Below are positions 19,780 through 32,558 of a stretch of 64,000 nucleotides of DNA, in pieces. Position numbers and translations under genes: made by a program. Position 1 is the stretch's first letter; each line of letters begins with the position of its first letter. Under the pieces are notes generated by a model that was not told the DNA's origin, did no database searches, and was given only the letters and a program-made list of their open reading frames with translations. Origin of the DNA: an uncultured Dehalococcoidia bacterium (GTDB lineage Bacteria > Chloroflexota > Dehalococcoidia > Dehalococcoidales > UBA1222); assembly GCA_903844845.1 (NCBI GenBank), contig CAIMVG010000004.1, positions 30,840 through 94,839 on the forward strand, given 5' to 3'.

Positions 19780-20577
19780 GTGACTGAAATTAAAGACGCA
19801 ATAAAAATCAGGGCCCGCCCAACGCTCACCGAACCCAATATGCTGGCTGCCTGGCCCGGGATCTCCAATGTTGCGATGATCGCTGCCAGTTATATCGCCC
19901 GAAAGCTGGAATTCAAGGAATTGGCTGAGGTCCGGGCACCCTATTTCTTCGACCCCATCGGAGTCATGGTGCGTAACAACGTAGTTGAAGAACCTCAATT
20001 CCCGCAGAGCCGTTTTTATTATTGGAAGAACCCTGGCGGGAGCGACATCATCCTTTTTATGGGCGACGCTCAACCAAACACTAAAAGTTATGATCTCGCC
20101 AATACGATTGTAGATGCTGCGGTGCGTTTCAAGGTTAAACGTATATATACATGTGCCGCTGCTATCACGCGTATCCATCATACGGAAGAACCGAAAGTCT
20201 GGGGTGTTGGCACCAGTGCTCCAGTGGTAAAAGAACTCGCCAGCCAGAACCTCGTACAGGGGGGAAGCCTCCAGATCGCCGGGATGAACGGCATCCTGCT
20301 CGGCGTCGCGAAGGAACGCAAACTTGAGGGCGCCTGCCTGCTGGGAGAGGTGCCGAATTACACCACCAGACTGCATAATCCAGTGGCAGCCCTTGCGGTT
20401 GTCCGCGTGCTGGCCGGCTTGCTGAACATTAAAATAGATTACGCCGAACTCAAACAGGCGGCTTCCGAAGCCAGCGAACGGATGAAACAGATAGCCGCCG
20501 AAGCCATGGAAGAGTACATAGATTATTTCACCGAACCTATCTGGGAACGTGGAGAAGATGAATCAGAAGAAGGATGA
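19780..20577 (+). CDS. PAC2 (proteasome-assembly-chaperone-2-like) family protein
   Basis: 265 aa, with N-terminal LTEPNMLAAWPGISNVAMIAASYI typical of the PAC2/DUF75 family and an acidic C-terminus. Confidence 0.7.
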   Translation: MTEIKDAIKIRARPTLTEPNMLAAWPGISNVAMIAASYIARKLEFKELAEVRAPYFFDPIGVMVRNNVVEEPQFPQSRFYYWKNPGGSDIILFMGDAQPNTKSYDLANTIVDAAVRFKVKRIYTCAAAITRIHHTEEPKVWGVGTSAPVVKELASQNLVQGGSLQIAGMNGILLGVAKERKLEGACLLGEVPNYTTRLHNPVAALAVVRVLAGLLNIKIDYAELKQAASEASERMKQIAAEAMEEYIDYFTEPIWERGEDESEEG

Positions 20578-21541
20578 GCCGAAAGGTTCCCCCTCACAGT
20601 CGACACTAACGGACATCCTCAACCACCTTGCGGATGGTGCAGAACCCATATCCAACACCGAGCTCGGCAAGTTGTCCGACCTCAGCGTCGATGAGGGGAA
20701 GCAGTTCGAAACTGTGTGGGCGCAGATGGAAACCGGAAGAAAACGTGAGATCCTTTCAAGGCTGGAGGGACTTACAGAAGATAATGTTGAACTCAACTTC
20801 GATCGCATTTATCGAAACGCTATATACGACATCGATGACGACGTTCGTCGCGAGGCTGTCGAAGGCTTCTGGGAGAGTTGCGACCCCACACTTATCAGAC
20901 CTCTATTGAGGCTGATGCAACAAGATCGCGCGAACGAGGTCAGAAGCGCAGCCGCAACCGCCTTAGGAAGGTTCTCGCTTCTTGCGGAACAACAGAAAAT
21001 TTCCCCTGATAATCGTGCACGTATTTCACGGGCCCTTCTGGAGGTGATCCACAACCAGGACGAACCTGTTGTCCTGCGCCGGCGCGCTCTCGAGGCCGTC
21101 GCTCCTTTCAGCTTACCAGAGGTTACCCAGGTAATCTGGGAGGCTTATCGGCGCAAGGAGCCCGGTATAAAAACAAGTTCTATTTACGCCATGGGACGTA
21201 ACTGCGATATGTTATGGATGCCCACCGTCCTCAAAGAAATGGAAAATGATGACCCCGAGATACGTTACGAAGCCGCCACAGCTGCAGGGGAGTTGGGCGA
21301 AGCAGAAGCCGTTTCGAGATTGATTGAACTGACATCTGACGAAGACTTGGAAGTCAAACTCGCCGCTATCAGGGCTCTTGGCAAAATAGGCGGGCAGGAA
21401 GCTAAACAACGATTGAAAGCACTTAAAACGAGTAAGAGCCAGGCCATTCGTGAAGCTTCAGAAGTTTCGATGACGGAAATCGAAGCATACGAAGAGCCGA
21501 CCGAACCTGCGCGTGAATTTGATGAGTCAGACACCGATTAG
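20549..21541 (+). CDS. HEAT-repeat protein (PBS-lyase HEAT-like repeats)
   Basis: Repeats include DPEIRYEAATAAGELGEAEAVSRLIELTSDEDLEVKLAAIRALGKIGG. It overlaps the PAC2 gene end. The alternative start is ATG 20558. Confidence 0.8.
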   Translation: MEKMNQKKDEPKGSPSQSTLTDILNHLADGAEPISNTELGKLSDLSVDEGKQFETVWAQMETGRKREILSRLEGLTEDNVELNFDRIYRNAIYDIDDDVRREAVEGFWESCDPTLIRPLLRLMQQDRANEVRSAAATALGRFSLLAEQQKISPDNRARISRALLEVIHNQDEPVVLRRRALEAVAPFSLPEVTQVIWEAYRRKEPGIKTSSIYAMGRNCDMLWMPTVLKEMENDDPEIRYEAATAAGELGEAEAVSRLIELTSDEDLEVKLAAIRALGKIGGQEAKQRLKALKTSKSQAIREASEVSMTEIEAYEEPTEPAREFDESDTD

Positions 21542-22088
21542 CGGAGAGAGGGTGAGCCTTCACCCTAAATCCCTGTCTGATGCACCGCGTGATTATATCT
21601 GGCGTAAAGACGCCGAATTAGCAGCTCTTAACGGTGAATCCCCTCTAAAGATTTCCTTCATCCGGTATATCACGCAATTCCAGTCGGAGCCGGACGAAGA
21701 CCACCCTTCAAAAGAGATATTCTCGATAAAAACTATCGCCGAAGGCAGGCACATAGGTAACTGCGCCATTTATAACATTCATTGGGACTCTGCTGAAGCC
21801 CAATCTGGCATCGTCATCGGAGACCGACGTTACTGGGGCCATGGATACGGTACCGATGCGTTTAAAGCCCTTATAAGTTACGCTTTCAATTGCATGGGGA
21901 TGCGCCGGCTTAACTTAAAAACACTCGAGAGGAACGCCCGGGCCCGGAAATGCTTCGTCGGTTGCGGTTTCAAGCCATCCGGCAGCCTGCTGGAAAATGG
22001 CGAAACTTATATACTGATGCAGCTTGATTTTGAAGATTATGCCCGTTCAGATAACTTATCCGCAACTGCATATCAAATGAAACGATAA
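21513..22088 (+). CDS. GNAT-family N-acetyltransferase (RimJ/RimL-like)
   Basis: Contains YWGHGYGTDAFKALISYAFNCMGMRRLNLKTLERNARARKCFVGCGFK. It overlaps the HEAT gene end. The alternative start is ATG 21522. Confidence 0.85.
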   Translation: MNLMSQTPISGERVSLHPKSLSDAPRDYIWRKDAELAALNGESPLKISFIRYITQFQSEPDEDHPSKEIFSIKTIAEGRHIGNCAIYNIHWDSAEAQSGIVIGDRRYWGHGYGTDAFKALISYAFNCMGMRRLNLKTLERNARARKCFVGCGFKPSGSLLENGETYILMQLDFEDYARSDNLSATAYQMKR

Positions 22089-22242
22089 GAGATCCACATC
22101 CTTAATAATCGCCAACCGTTTATAAGACACATGACACGTTTACCTGCGAAGCAAATGTTTCAAGGAAGGCGGACTAAAAATCGAACGCTTGACTCCGCGG
22201 ACCAACGGTTACCTAAAATACGGACTGGTAAAAAGTAAGGGA

Positions 22243-22665
22243 TCAGTCCCCGCCGTAAAGTTTTACCGTGGCGGTTCCAGTTACGGTCTTTTCCCCCCGC
22301 TGGTTCTCAACTCGAACATCCAACGATATAAGACCGCCTTCAATTTTCTCGCGTACAACCCCATGACAGATAAGCTTGTCACCAGGGAAGTTCAATCCTT
22401 TATAGCTAACGTTTAACTTTTTCAGAAAGCCCTCATTACCGTACCAGTCCGAAAGCATCTGGCAGATAAATGCGGTCGAAAGCTGTCCATGCACTACTAC
22501 GCCCGGAAGACCCCTGGCTATCGCAAAATCTTTATCGTAATGAATAGGATTGAAATCGCCGGAAACTCCCGCCCACCTTACCAATTGCTGCGTGGAAGGA
22601 TGCTTTTCAAGCGATGGGATCTCATCACCGACCGCAATGTTTTCGAGATCCGATTGATTATTCAC
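22243..22665 (-). CDS. MaoC-like (R)-hydratase/dehydratase, hotdog fold
   Basis: Contains the FNPIHYDKDFAIARGLPGVVVHGQL catalytic motif. Confidence 0.85.
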   Translation of the reverse strand: MNNQSDLENIAVGDEIPSLEKHPSTQQLVRWAGVSGDFNPIHYDKDFAIARGLPGVVVHGQLSTAFICQMLSDWYGNEGFLKKLNVSYKGLNFPGDKLICHGVVREKIEGGLISLDVRVENQRGEKTVTGTATVKLYGGD

Positions 22666-23081
22666 GCTTTACCTCGAAGAATAGCCAACTGCTTGCACCT
22701 GCCAATGAGAACACCTTTTTGGTTGTGCTGTTCGAGTTCCAAGTTAATGAACGTAAGAGGCGCCCGTTCCCTCAAAGCCGCCACCCTGGCAGTAACTGTT
22801 AACAGGTCACCGATTCTTACAGGCTCGAAGCACTCGAGTTCCGTGCTGCCGTGAAGGACGGCTTCCGGCAAACCCAACAACATTGAGATAACGCGTTCAA
22901 AACCAATCGTGAGTAAAAGCGCCGGCGGAACTTCGGCTTTCTTCCCAGGCAGGATAGGGGTGTCGTCGCCGACGGCTTCAACAAACCGCCTGATAAGGCA
23001 GGCTTCGATCGGATAGGTGAGCGTCAACCAAGGTTGGCCAACCAGTCCTTTAAGATCGTCAATCTTCAGTTGTTGAATCAT
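22662..23081 (-). CDS. MaoC N-terminal-like (FAS1-like) dehydratase subunit
   Basis: 139-aa hotdog-type protein lacking the catalytic HxxxxD motif. It overlaps the catalytic subunit gene by 4 nt, a HadA/HadB-like arrangement. Confidence 0.7.
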   Translation of the reverse strand: MIQQLKIDDLKGLVGQPWLTLTYPIEACLIRRFVEAVGDDTPILPGKKAEVPPALLLTIGFERVISMLLGLPEAVLHGSTELECFEPVRIGDLLTVTARVAALRERAPLTFINLELEQHNQKGVLIGRCKQLAILRGKA

Positions 23082-23213
23082 GATTAAGTCGCTTTGTTAC
23101 GAATAAATCAGTCTATATTGGGGCGGTGACCTCTGTCAAGACAATATCCCTGATTTCAACCCCCTTGTGTTATAATTCCAGCGAAACCAATCAAGCCAAA
23201 TGGAGGCGACATC

Positions 23214-24224
23214 ATGATTGTGCCCCTCGAATGGAAGGGCGACAGGCTAAGAGTCCTGGATCAAACAAAGCTTCCTAAAGACGAAGTTTGGATGACCCTG
23301 ACCAACTATCGGGATGTCGCCTATGCCATCAAAACCCTTCAGATACGGGGTGCCCCTGCCATCGGAATTGGGACAGGCTACGGTATCGCACTCGGGGCCA
23401 TTTATTCAAAGGAAACGAAACCCGACAAATTCGCCTCCGAGCTCGGCGAAGTGTTCGCCACGCTCGGAGCCACGAGACCAACTGCCCGCAATCTGTTCAG
23501 CGCTATCGAGAGGATGAAAAAAGCAATTGGGCTTGAGAACGATATCGAACAACTTAAAAGAATACTCGTCTCCGAAGCGGTTGCGATACACGCTGAACAG
23601 ATACAAGCTGACCGCACCCTTTCGATACTCGGAGCCAGCCTCATTGAACCCGGCGCAACGATCCTTACGCACTGTAATACGGGTCCCCTCGCGACCGCAG
23701 GTTACGGGACTGCTCTTGGTGTCGTCATATGCGCTTTCGCACAGGGCAAAGTAGAGAAGGTTATACCCACTGAAACCCGTCCCCTGTGCCAGGGCTCCCG
23801 GTTAACGACATGGGAACTGAAACAAGCCGGGATTCCTTTCAGGCTGATAACGGATTCGATGGCGGGTTATGTGATGAGCCGTGGCATAGTGGACGCAGTG
23901 ATTGTCGGGGCGGACCGGATAGCGGGCAACGGGGACACCGCCAACAAGATCGGGACCTACACTCTGGCGGTCCTGGCCAAGGAAAACTCTATACCATTTT
24001 ATGTTGCCGCTCCGACTACCACCATCGACAAATCTATCGCTACAGGAACCGAAATCGTTATAGAAGAACGAGCACCGGACGAGGTTACGTGCATCGCCGG
24101 AGTTCGAATTGCATCAGATGGCACTGAAGTGTTTAATCCTTCTTTCGACGTAACACCCGCCAGGTATATCACAGCAATAATCACCGAGGAGGCGATTGCC
24201 CGACCTCCTTACAACTTTATCTAG
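23214..24224 (+). CDS. mtnA: S-methyl-5-thioribose-1-phosphate isomerase (eIF-2B alpha/beta/delta family)
   Basis: Contains LRVLDQTKLP...IRGAPAIGIGTGYG...GADRIAGNGDTANKIGTY. An extended -10 element TGTTATAAT lies at 23168-23176. Confidence 0.9.
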   Translation: MIVPLEWKGDRLRVLDQTKLPKDEVWMTLTNYRDVAYAIKTLQIRGAPAIGIGTGYGIALGAIYSKETKPDKFASELGEVFATLGATRPTARNLFSAIERMKKAIGLENDIEQLKRILVSEAVAIHAEQIQADRTLSILGASLIEPGATILTHCNTGPLATAGYGTALGVVICAFAQGKVEKVIPTETRPLCQGSRLTTWELKQAGIPFRLITDSMAGYVMSRGIVDAVIVGADRIAGNGDTANKIGTYTLAVLAKENSIPFYVAAPTTTIDKSIATGTEIVIEERAPDEVTCIAGVRIASDGTEVFNPSFDVTPARYITAIITEEAIARPPYNFI

Positions 24225-24229
24225 ATTAT

Positions 24230-25420
24230 GTGGCTGGACTGGAGGCTTTATTGCAATACTTTGTAGGTTTCATAATCGGCCTGGCGGCAGGCGGGTTGAT
24301 GGTGTTCATCACGACGCGTTTCAACCGCAAGGACATAGAACAATCATTCTCCGCTCTATCATTGAACGCTTTAAGTAAGAACTCGGAAGAATTTCTCAAA
24401 CTCGCGAGCGTTTCCCTAAACTCACAGTCCCAGGCAGGAACAGGTGAACTCGAAAGTAAAAAGAAACTGATAGACCAGACGTTGGAAACCATGAGAACAG
24501 AACTACTCAAGGTTGAGACATCCCTCAAAGACTTTGACAGTAAACGGCAGGAATCGTTTGGCAAGGTCAGCGAGCAACTGAAGAATACGGCTGAAAAAAC
24601 AAAGGAATTGGAGACGACCACGAACAAACTCCAAAATGCGCTTTCGAATACCAAGGTACGCGGCCAATGGGGCGAGCGAATGGCTGAAGATGTCCTGACA
24701 CTCGCGGGCTTCGGTGAAGGCATCAATTATCTGAAACAAAAAACCCAGGGTTCGTTGGAATCACGGCCGGATTTTACTTTTCTGTTGCCTCAGGGCCTTC
24801 GCCTGAATATGGACGTGAAGTTCCCGCACAATAATTACGACAGGTACGTCAACGAAGAAAACGACGCAGTAAAAGAGACACTCAAACTGCAGTTCCTTAA
24901 AGACGTCCGGCAACGGATCAAGGAAGTTACCACGAGGGAATATATCGATCCACAGGGAAAAACTCTTGACTATGTCCTGGTTTTCGTACCAAATGAACAG
25001 ATCTATTGTTTTATCAACGAGAACGATTCCACGATACTGGATTCAGCGATGCGGGACAAGGTCATCATCTGTTCCCCTTTAACACTCTACGCCATACTCG
25101 CCGTTATCCGGCAGGCGGTCGACAGTTTTAATTTGAGCAGATCCAACTCCCAGATGATCAGTCTACTCGGCGAATTCTCCAAACAATGGCAAGAATTTAA
25201 AAAATCCATGGACAGCGTCGGGAAAAAAATCGAAAGTGCGGCGGATGAATTCCAAAAGTTAAAATCAACGCGAACGAATATGCTTGAGAAACCTCTCAAG
25301 GGCATCGAGAAACTGCGTTCTCAACAGGCCGAAGGAGATTCACTGATCGCCGGGATTTTACCTTTTATCGAAAGCCAGGGGCTTGAGGAACAACACGGTG
25401 TCGAGTTTTTGGATGAATAG
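24230..25420 (+). CDS. rmuC: DNA recombination protein RmuC
   Basis: Has an N-terminal TM, a coiled coil, and the RmuC nuclease-like domain (VRGQWGERMAEDVL...DYVLVFVPNEQIY). Confidence 0.9.
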   Translation: MAGLEALLQYFVGFIIGLAAGGLMVFITTRFNRKDIEQSFSALSLNALSKNSEEFLKLASVSLNSQSQAGTGELESKKKLIDQTLETMRTELLKVETSLKDFDSKRQESFGKVSEQLKNTAEKTKELETTTNKLQNALSNTKVRGQWGERMAEDVLTLAGFGEGINYLKQKTQGSLESRPDFTFLLPQGLRLNMDVKFPHNNYDRYVNEENDAVKETLKLQFLKDVRQRIKEVTTREYIDPQGKTLDYVLVFVPNEQIYCFINENDSTILDSAMRDKVIICSPLTLYAILAVIRQAVDSFNLSRSNSQMISLLGEFSKQWQEFKKSMDSVGKKIESAADEFQKLKSTRTNMLEKPLKGIEKLRSQQAEGDSLIAGILPFIESQGLEEQHGVEFLDE

Positions 25421-25462
25421 AACCTCCTTCAACACAATATAATTTCTAAATGGAGCAGAAAC

Positions 25463-26332
25463 ATGGTTAACGCAAAAGCCAAGATAGCAGTTATCGGCGG
25501 CTCGGGGCTATACGAAATGGTAGGCCTTGCCGGGATAGAGGAAATAAAGATGGTGACTCCATTCGGGACACCGAGTGATACTATCGTAGTTGGCTCTCTA
25601 TGCGGAGTACGGGTAGCCTTCCTGCCACGCCATGGCCGCGGGCACCGTATCATGCCAACCGAGGTACCTTCTCGAGCGAATATCTACGCCCTCAAGATGC
25701 TCGGGGTCGAAGATATCATTGCCATTAATTCAGTGGGCAGTTTCAAGCCTGAAATTAAACCGGGGGACCTGCTAATCCCCGACCAGTTCATCGACCGAAC
25801 CAGTCAGCGAGCGAATACATTTTTTGGAGAGGGCATCGTCGCGCACATCCAGTTCGCCGAACCGGTCTGCCCTGCGCTCAGTCGTATCCTCTGCGAGTCA
25901 GCATCAGAAGCAGGAGCATGCGTTCACACGGGAGGAACCTACGTTGTCATGGAGGGGCCTGCCTTTTCAACGAGGGCCGAATCCCGACTGCACCGCTCAT
26001 GGGGCGCGGATGTGATAGGTATGACCGCCCTCCCGGAAGCCAAACTCGCCCGTGAAGCGGAGATATGCTACGCGGTCATTGCTTGCGCCACGGACTACGA
26101 CAGCTGGCATGAAACCAAAGAACCCGTTTCCGTCGAAGCCATATTCCGGATATTGAAGCAGAATATGAACCTCTCAAAACGGATCATCGAAATATCAGTA
26201 ACCAAATTGAGAGAGAAAAGAACATGCGAATGCACGGGGGCTCTCGAGCATGCCATCGTTACCGATGCCGCGCTCATACCGGCAGAACGAAAACGAGACC
26301 TCGCGCCGATAATCGGAAAATACCTCAAATAA
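25463..26332 (+). CDS. mtnP: S-methyl-5'-thioadenosine phosphorylase
   Basis: Contains KIAVIGGSGLYE...FLPRHGRGH...GMTALPEAKLAREAEICYA. Confidence 0.9.
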   Translation: MVNAKAKIAVIGGSGLYEMVGLAGIEEIKMVTPFGTPSDTIVVGSLCGVRVAFLPRHGRGHRIMPTEVPSRANIYALKMLGVEDIIAINSVGSFKPEIKPGDLLIPDQFIDRTSQRANTFFGEGIVAHIQFAEPVCPALSRILCESASEAGACVHTGGTYVVMEGPAFSTRAESRLHRSWGADVIGMTALPEAKLAREAEICYAVIACATDYDSWHETKEPVSVEAIFRILKQNMNLSKRIIEISVTKLREKRTCECTGALEHAIVTDAALIPAERKRDLAPIIGKYLK

Positions 26333-26526
26333 TGCCCTCCTGACAATTTAAGTCATGAGGACGACGAAACCAGCGAATATCGAGGCGACATCGGTCAATA
26401 TCATCCCGACACTATTAAAAGAAAAATAGCGGGCGATTAAAAGTGCTTCCACCGATTGAAACATTTAATGCCTCAAAAATCACATATGATCAAATGGCAT
26501 GACACCATCTACTTTTTGTGCTTTAA

Positions 26527-27558
26527 TTGGTAATTATGATAGACACAAAATTCAACCTGGCCCCCACCATGATCGGCAGCATGCCTCATAAGGACCCGGT
26601 CGCCGCCTGCGCCCTATTGAACAGGTATCTTCCCGAGTTCCCGGCATGGCCGCAACTCCCGAATCTTGCGTTCGCGGAAGACATGACCGTGCAATTCAGT
26701 GAAGGCTTCCCCGGGATGACGGTACAAGGGGAAAATGCGCGGGTGAATCACGGGCCTTCGTTCGACGCCCAGATGGAGCGCCTTTATACGGCATACCTAG
26801 CGAATAACCCGGATGCCTTCCCTATCAGCCCGGACCACGCAGCCGGACTTTTTGCGTTGCTCGATTTGAAAAAGATGAGCCCATCTGGAGTCAAGGGGCA
26901 GGTCACCGGGCCGCTGTCATTCGGTGTAATGCTCAAAGATGAAAAAAAACAGTCGATATTACACGACGACGTACTTTCCGATGCCGCCGCCAAGCTGCTG
27001 CGGCTCAAAGCGACCTGGGAAGAAAAACAACTCAGGAGAGTCAGCAAAAACACTATCATCTTCGTAGATGAACCAGTCATGACTTCGTACGGGTCTGCTT
27101 TTTTTACGATTTCCCGCGAGAAGGTAAAGTCCCTCCTCGATGAGGTCCTGGGCGGCATCACCGGGGTCAAGGGCATCCATTGCTGCGGAAATACCGACTG
27201 GTCGGTGCTGCTCGACACCAGCGCCCAGGTTATCAGCTTCGACACATATAATTTCGCCGGATCGCTTGCCCTTTATCCGGCAGAGGTCAGGCGGCTGCTG
27301 GGCGCGGGCGGGGCTATCGCCTGGGGAGTCGTCCCAAACACCGAGGACGCATTGCTCAAAGAAACTACATCGAGCCTCAAGGACAGGCTGGAAGAAGCGA
27401 TGGCACCTTTCACACGACAGGGGATCAGTTTCAAACAGCTTAAAGAACAAGCACTACTGACTCCGAGCTGCGGCTTGGCGGGCCTCTCTGAGGACGCATC
27501 CGAACGGGTGCTCGAATTGTTGGCTGACCTCTCGGCGCGCATGCGGGGCAGGTCGTAA
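26527..27558 (+). CDS. Short MetE-like (cobalamin-independent methionine synthase catalytic-domain family) protein
   Basis: A 343-aa single domain with MetE-type zinc-ligand pattern GIHCCGN (H-x-C) and TPSCGLAG. It sits within the SAM-cycle cluster. The start is uncertain (TTG 26527 or ATG 26536). Confidence 0.65.
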   Translation: MVIMIDTKFNLAPTMIGSMPHKDPVAACALLNRYLPEFPAWPQLPNLAFAEDMTVQFSEGFPGMTVQGENARVNHGPSFDAQMERLYTAYLANNPDAFPISPDHAAGLFALLDLKKMSPSGVKGQVTGPLSFGVMLKDEKKQSILHDDVLSDAAAKLLRLKATWEEKQLRRVSKNTIIFVDEPVMTSYGSAFFTISREKVKSLLDEVLGGITGVKGIHCCGNTDWSVLLDTSAQVISFDTYNFAGSLALYPAEVRRLLGAGGAIAWGVVPNTEDALLKETTSSLKDRLEEAMAPFTRQGISFKQLKEQALLTPSCGLAGLSEDASERVLELLADLSARMRGRS

Positions 27559-27701
27559 GGCCATTCAAAGTCCCGTTGAACTCATTACTTCGAGGCTAAC
27601 GCAAGTGCTCGTCACAGGCGGGGTGAACGCATGCGCAACCAGGTCAATTAGTTTATACTATGGCTAGTTTTGTTACATGAATAACCCGAGGAGAAATTGT
27701 C

Positions 27702-28349
27702 ATGACGCCTGATGTTGAAAACAGTAACGGCCAGCTTTTCGAAGATGTCTGGCAGAAAGCCATTTCCAAAGTAGATACGCTTACCGAAGACGCCGATGAC
27801 CGACGCTTTTTGAAATCCCTGGTAATGGGGGGAACGGTGGCAGCCGAATCAGCTATCTCCCACTGCCAGTCTATCGCGGGGTACTGGGGCGAGGGCAACC
27901 CTGACCAGGCTACCGAACTCAGCCAGTTATTTTCGCTCCTGATGCTGAGCCAGATTTACAGGTGGGTCAAGGAGCAACCGCCTGCAGACATGACCGCGAT
28001 GGTCCCACAAGAAGTAAGCGCGACACGCATAATCTATGTGTTCGGGGGAGAACCCGAACAGGCCATGGACGACTTCATCCACTTTGACCAGCAGTTCGCT
28101 TACGACCTCGCGAAACATCCCCACATGATCCACGTTTCCAGCCTCCTGCTGGCCAAAACCAGCGAGATTTGCGGACACAAGAGCATCGACTGGAGCAAGG
28201 TCAAGTTTCCCGTGGTCGAAATGACCCATCTGATCAAAGGTGCAATCATTGACGGAACCCCAATCCGCGGTAAACAGGATATCGATAACATGCTGGAAAG
28301 CGTGAACACCGGTGTGCGAGCCATGATGAGTTATTACAGCGGAACCTGA
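27702..28349 (+). CDS. Hypothetical protein (no family recognised)
   Basis: The 215-aa ORF has gene-like composition and GAGGAG upstream. It stops 1 nt before the next gene. Confidence 0.6.
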   Translation: MTPDVENSNGQLFEDVWQKAISKVDTLTEDADDRRFLKSLVMGGTVAAESAISHCQSIAGYWGEGNPDQATELSQLFSLLMLSQIYRWVKEQPPADMTAMVPQEVSATRIIYVFGGEPEQAMDDFIHFDQQFAYDLAKHPHMIHVSSLLLAKTSEICGHKSIDWSKVKFPVVEMTHLIKGAIIDGTPIRGKQDIDNMLESVNTGVRAMMSYYSGT

Positions 28350-28350
28350 T

Positions 28351-31171
<2,821 letters not shown>

Positions 31172-31181
31172 AGGAGGCCTC

Positions 31182-32414
31182 ATGTCTCAGAGTTTTTGTG
31201 ACGCAGCAAAATACTTTTTTACATCAGAGTCTGTCACCGAGGGGCACCCCGACAAGATATGCGACCAGATATCGGACGCAGTCCTCGATGCCATACTTGA
31301 ACATGACCCGGAAGCCCATGTCGCTTGCGAAACGGCCGTCACCAACGGCCTCGTGATGGTGCTAGGCGAGATTACAACCAACACTTACGTGGAAATCCCC
31401 GAGATAGCACGTAAAGTGATACGGGATATCGGCTACACAAATCCCGACTACGGTTTCGAAGCCCGCAGCTGCGGCGTTATGACCTCCATCAGCAAGCAAT
31501 CACCGGATATCGCCATGGGAGTCAACAAATCACTCGAACAGAAAACGGGAGAAAACAAAGATAAGCTCTCCCTGCTTGGCGCCGGAGACCAGGGCATGAT
31601 GGTGGGCTTCGCATGCAATGAAACTCCGGAGTCGATGCCACTTCCAATATCCCTGGCACACAGGCTTACCCGCAGACTGGCACTCCTGCGCAAAGACGGC
31701 ACACTGCCCTATCTTCGCCCGGACGGCAAATCCCAGGTGACAGTGGAATACCACACGGGCAAGGTCGCCCGGATCGACAGCATCGTCATCGGAGCCCAGC
31801 ACGACCCTGAAGCCACCCAGGAAAAAATCCGAAAAGACGTGATCGAATACATCGTAAAACCCGTGATATCAGATTGCGAAAAAACAATTGAACACCAGCT
31901 CCTCGATGGCAGAACACAATATTATGTCAACGCGACAGGCCGTTTCGTCCAGGGCGGCCCGGTGTCAGACACCGGATTTACGGGACGCAAAATACTGGTC
32001 GATACATACGGCGGCATGGCGCGGCACGGCGGCGGCGCGTTCTCGGGCAAAGACCCCACAAAGGTAGACCGCTCGGCGGCGTATATGGCCCGTTACATAG
32101 CAAAAAACATGGTGGCTGCCGGCCTCGCCGAGAGGCTCGAAATACAGGTTTCATATGTGATAGGCGTGGCCCATCCACTTTCCATTTCACTCGAAACTTT
32201 CGGGACCGAGAAGGTTTGCCTTGAAAAACTCGATGAGCTTGTAGCCAGGCATTTCGACCTGCGCCCCGCGGCCATAATTAAAACACTGGACCTGAGAAGG
32301 CCGATTTATCGCCAGACGGCGGCATACGGGCATTTCGGGCGCACAGATATCGACCTGCCCTGGGAAAAAACAGATAAAGCGGAAATTTTGAAGAAAGAGG
32401 GCTTCGCTAAATAG
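31182..32414 (+). CDS. metK: S-adenosylmethionine synthase
   Basis: Start at ATG 31182 after an AAGGAGG SD. Contains [25 protein letters not shown] and [19 protein letters not shown]. Confidence 0.95.
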   Translation: MSQSFCDAAKYFFTSESVTEGHPDKICDQISDAVLDAILEHDPEAHVACETAVTNGLVMVLGEITTNTYVEIPEIARKVIRDIGYTNPDYGFEARSCGVMTSISKQSPDIAMGVNKSLEQKTGENKDKLSLLGAGDQGMMVGFACNETPESMPLPISLAHRLTRRLALLRKDGTLPYLRPDGKSQVTVEYHTGKVARIDSIVIGAQHDPEATQEKIRKDVIEYIVKPVISDCEKTIEHQLLDGRTQYYVNATGRFVQGGPVSDTGFTGRKILVDTYGGMARHGGGAFSGKDPTKVDRSAAYMARYIAKNMVAAGLAERLEIQVSYVIGVAHPLSISLETFGTEKVCLEKLDELVARHFDLRPAAIIKTLDLRRPIYRQTAAYGHFGRTDIDLPWEKTDKAEILKKEGFAK

Positions 32415-32558
32415 GGCACAGCATTTCGGCGAGTCTTTAGTAATTTTTCATGGCCCAAAAAGTGATATCCTGCCGTAACGAGAGTAAGACTCCGCCTGGG
32501 ACCGAGTTCCCGCCGAAACGAAGAATTGGATTAATGACCCGGTGAATACGGAGTAAAC

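Noticed and set aside
19717-20376. Minus-strand 219-aa ORF
   Set aside because: It is antisense to the PAC2-family gene and I recognise no domain in it.
26333-26535. A SAM or cobalamin riboswitch upstream of the MetE-like gene (and upstream of metK at 31172-31181)
   Set aside because: No SAM-I/II or B12-box-like conserved sequence is visible. metK follows ahcY with only a 10-nt gap.
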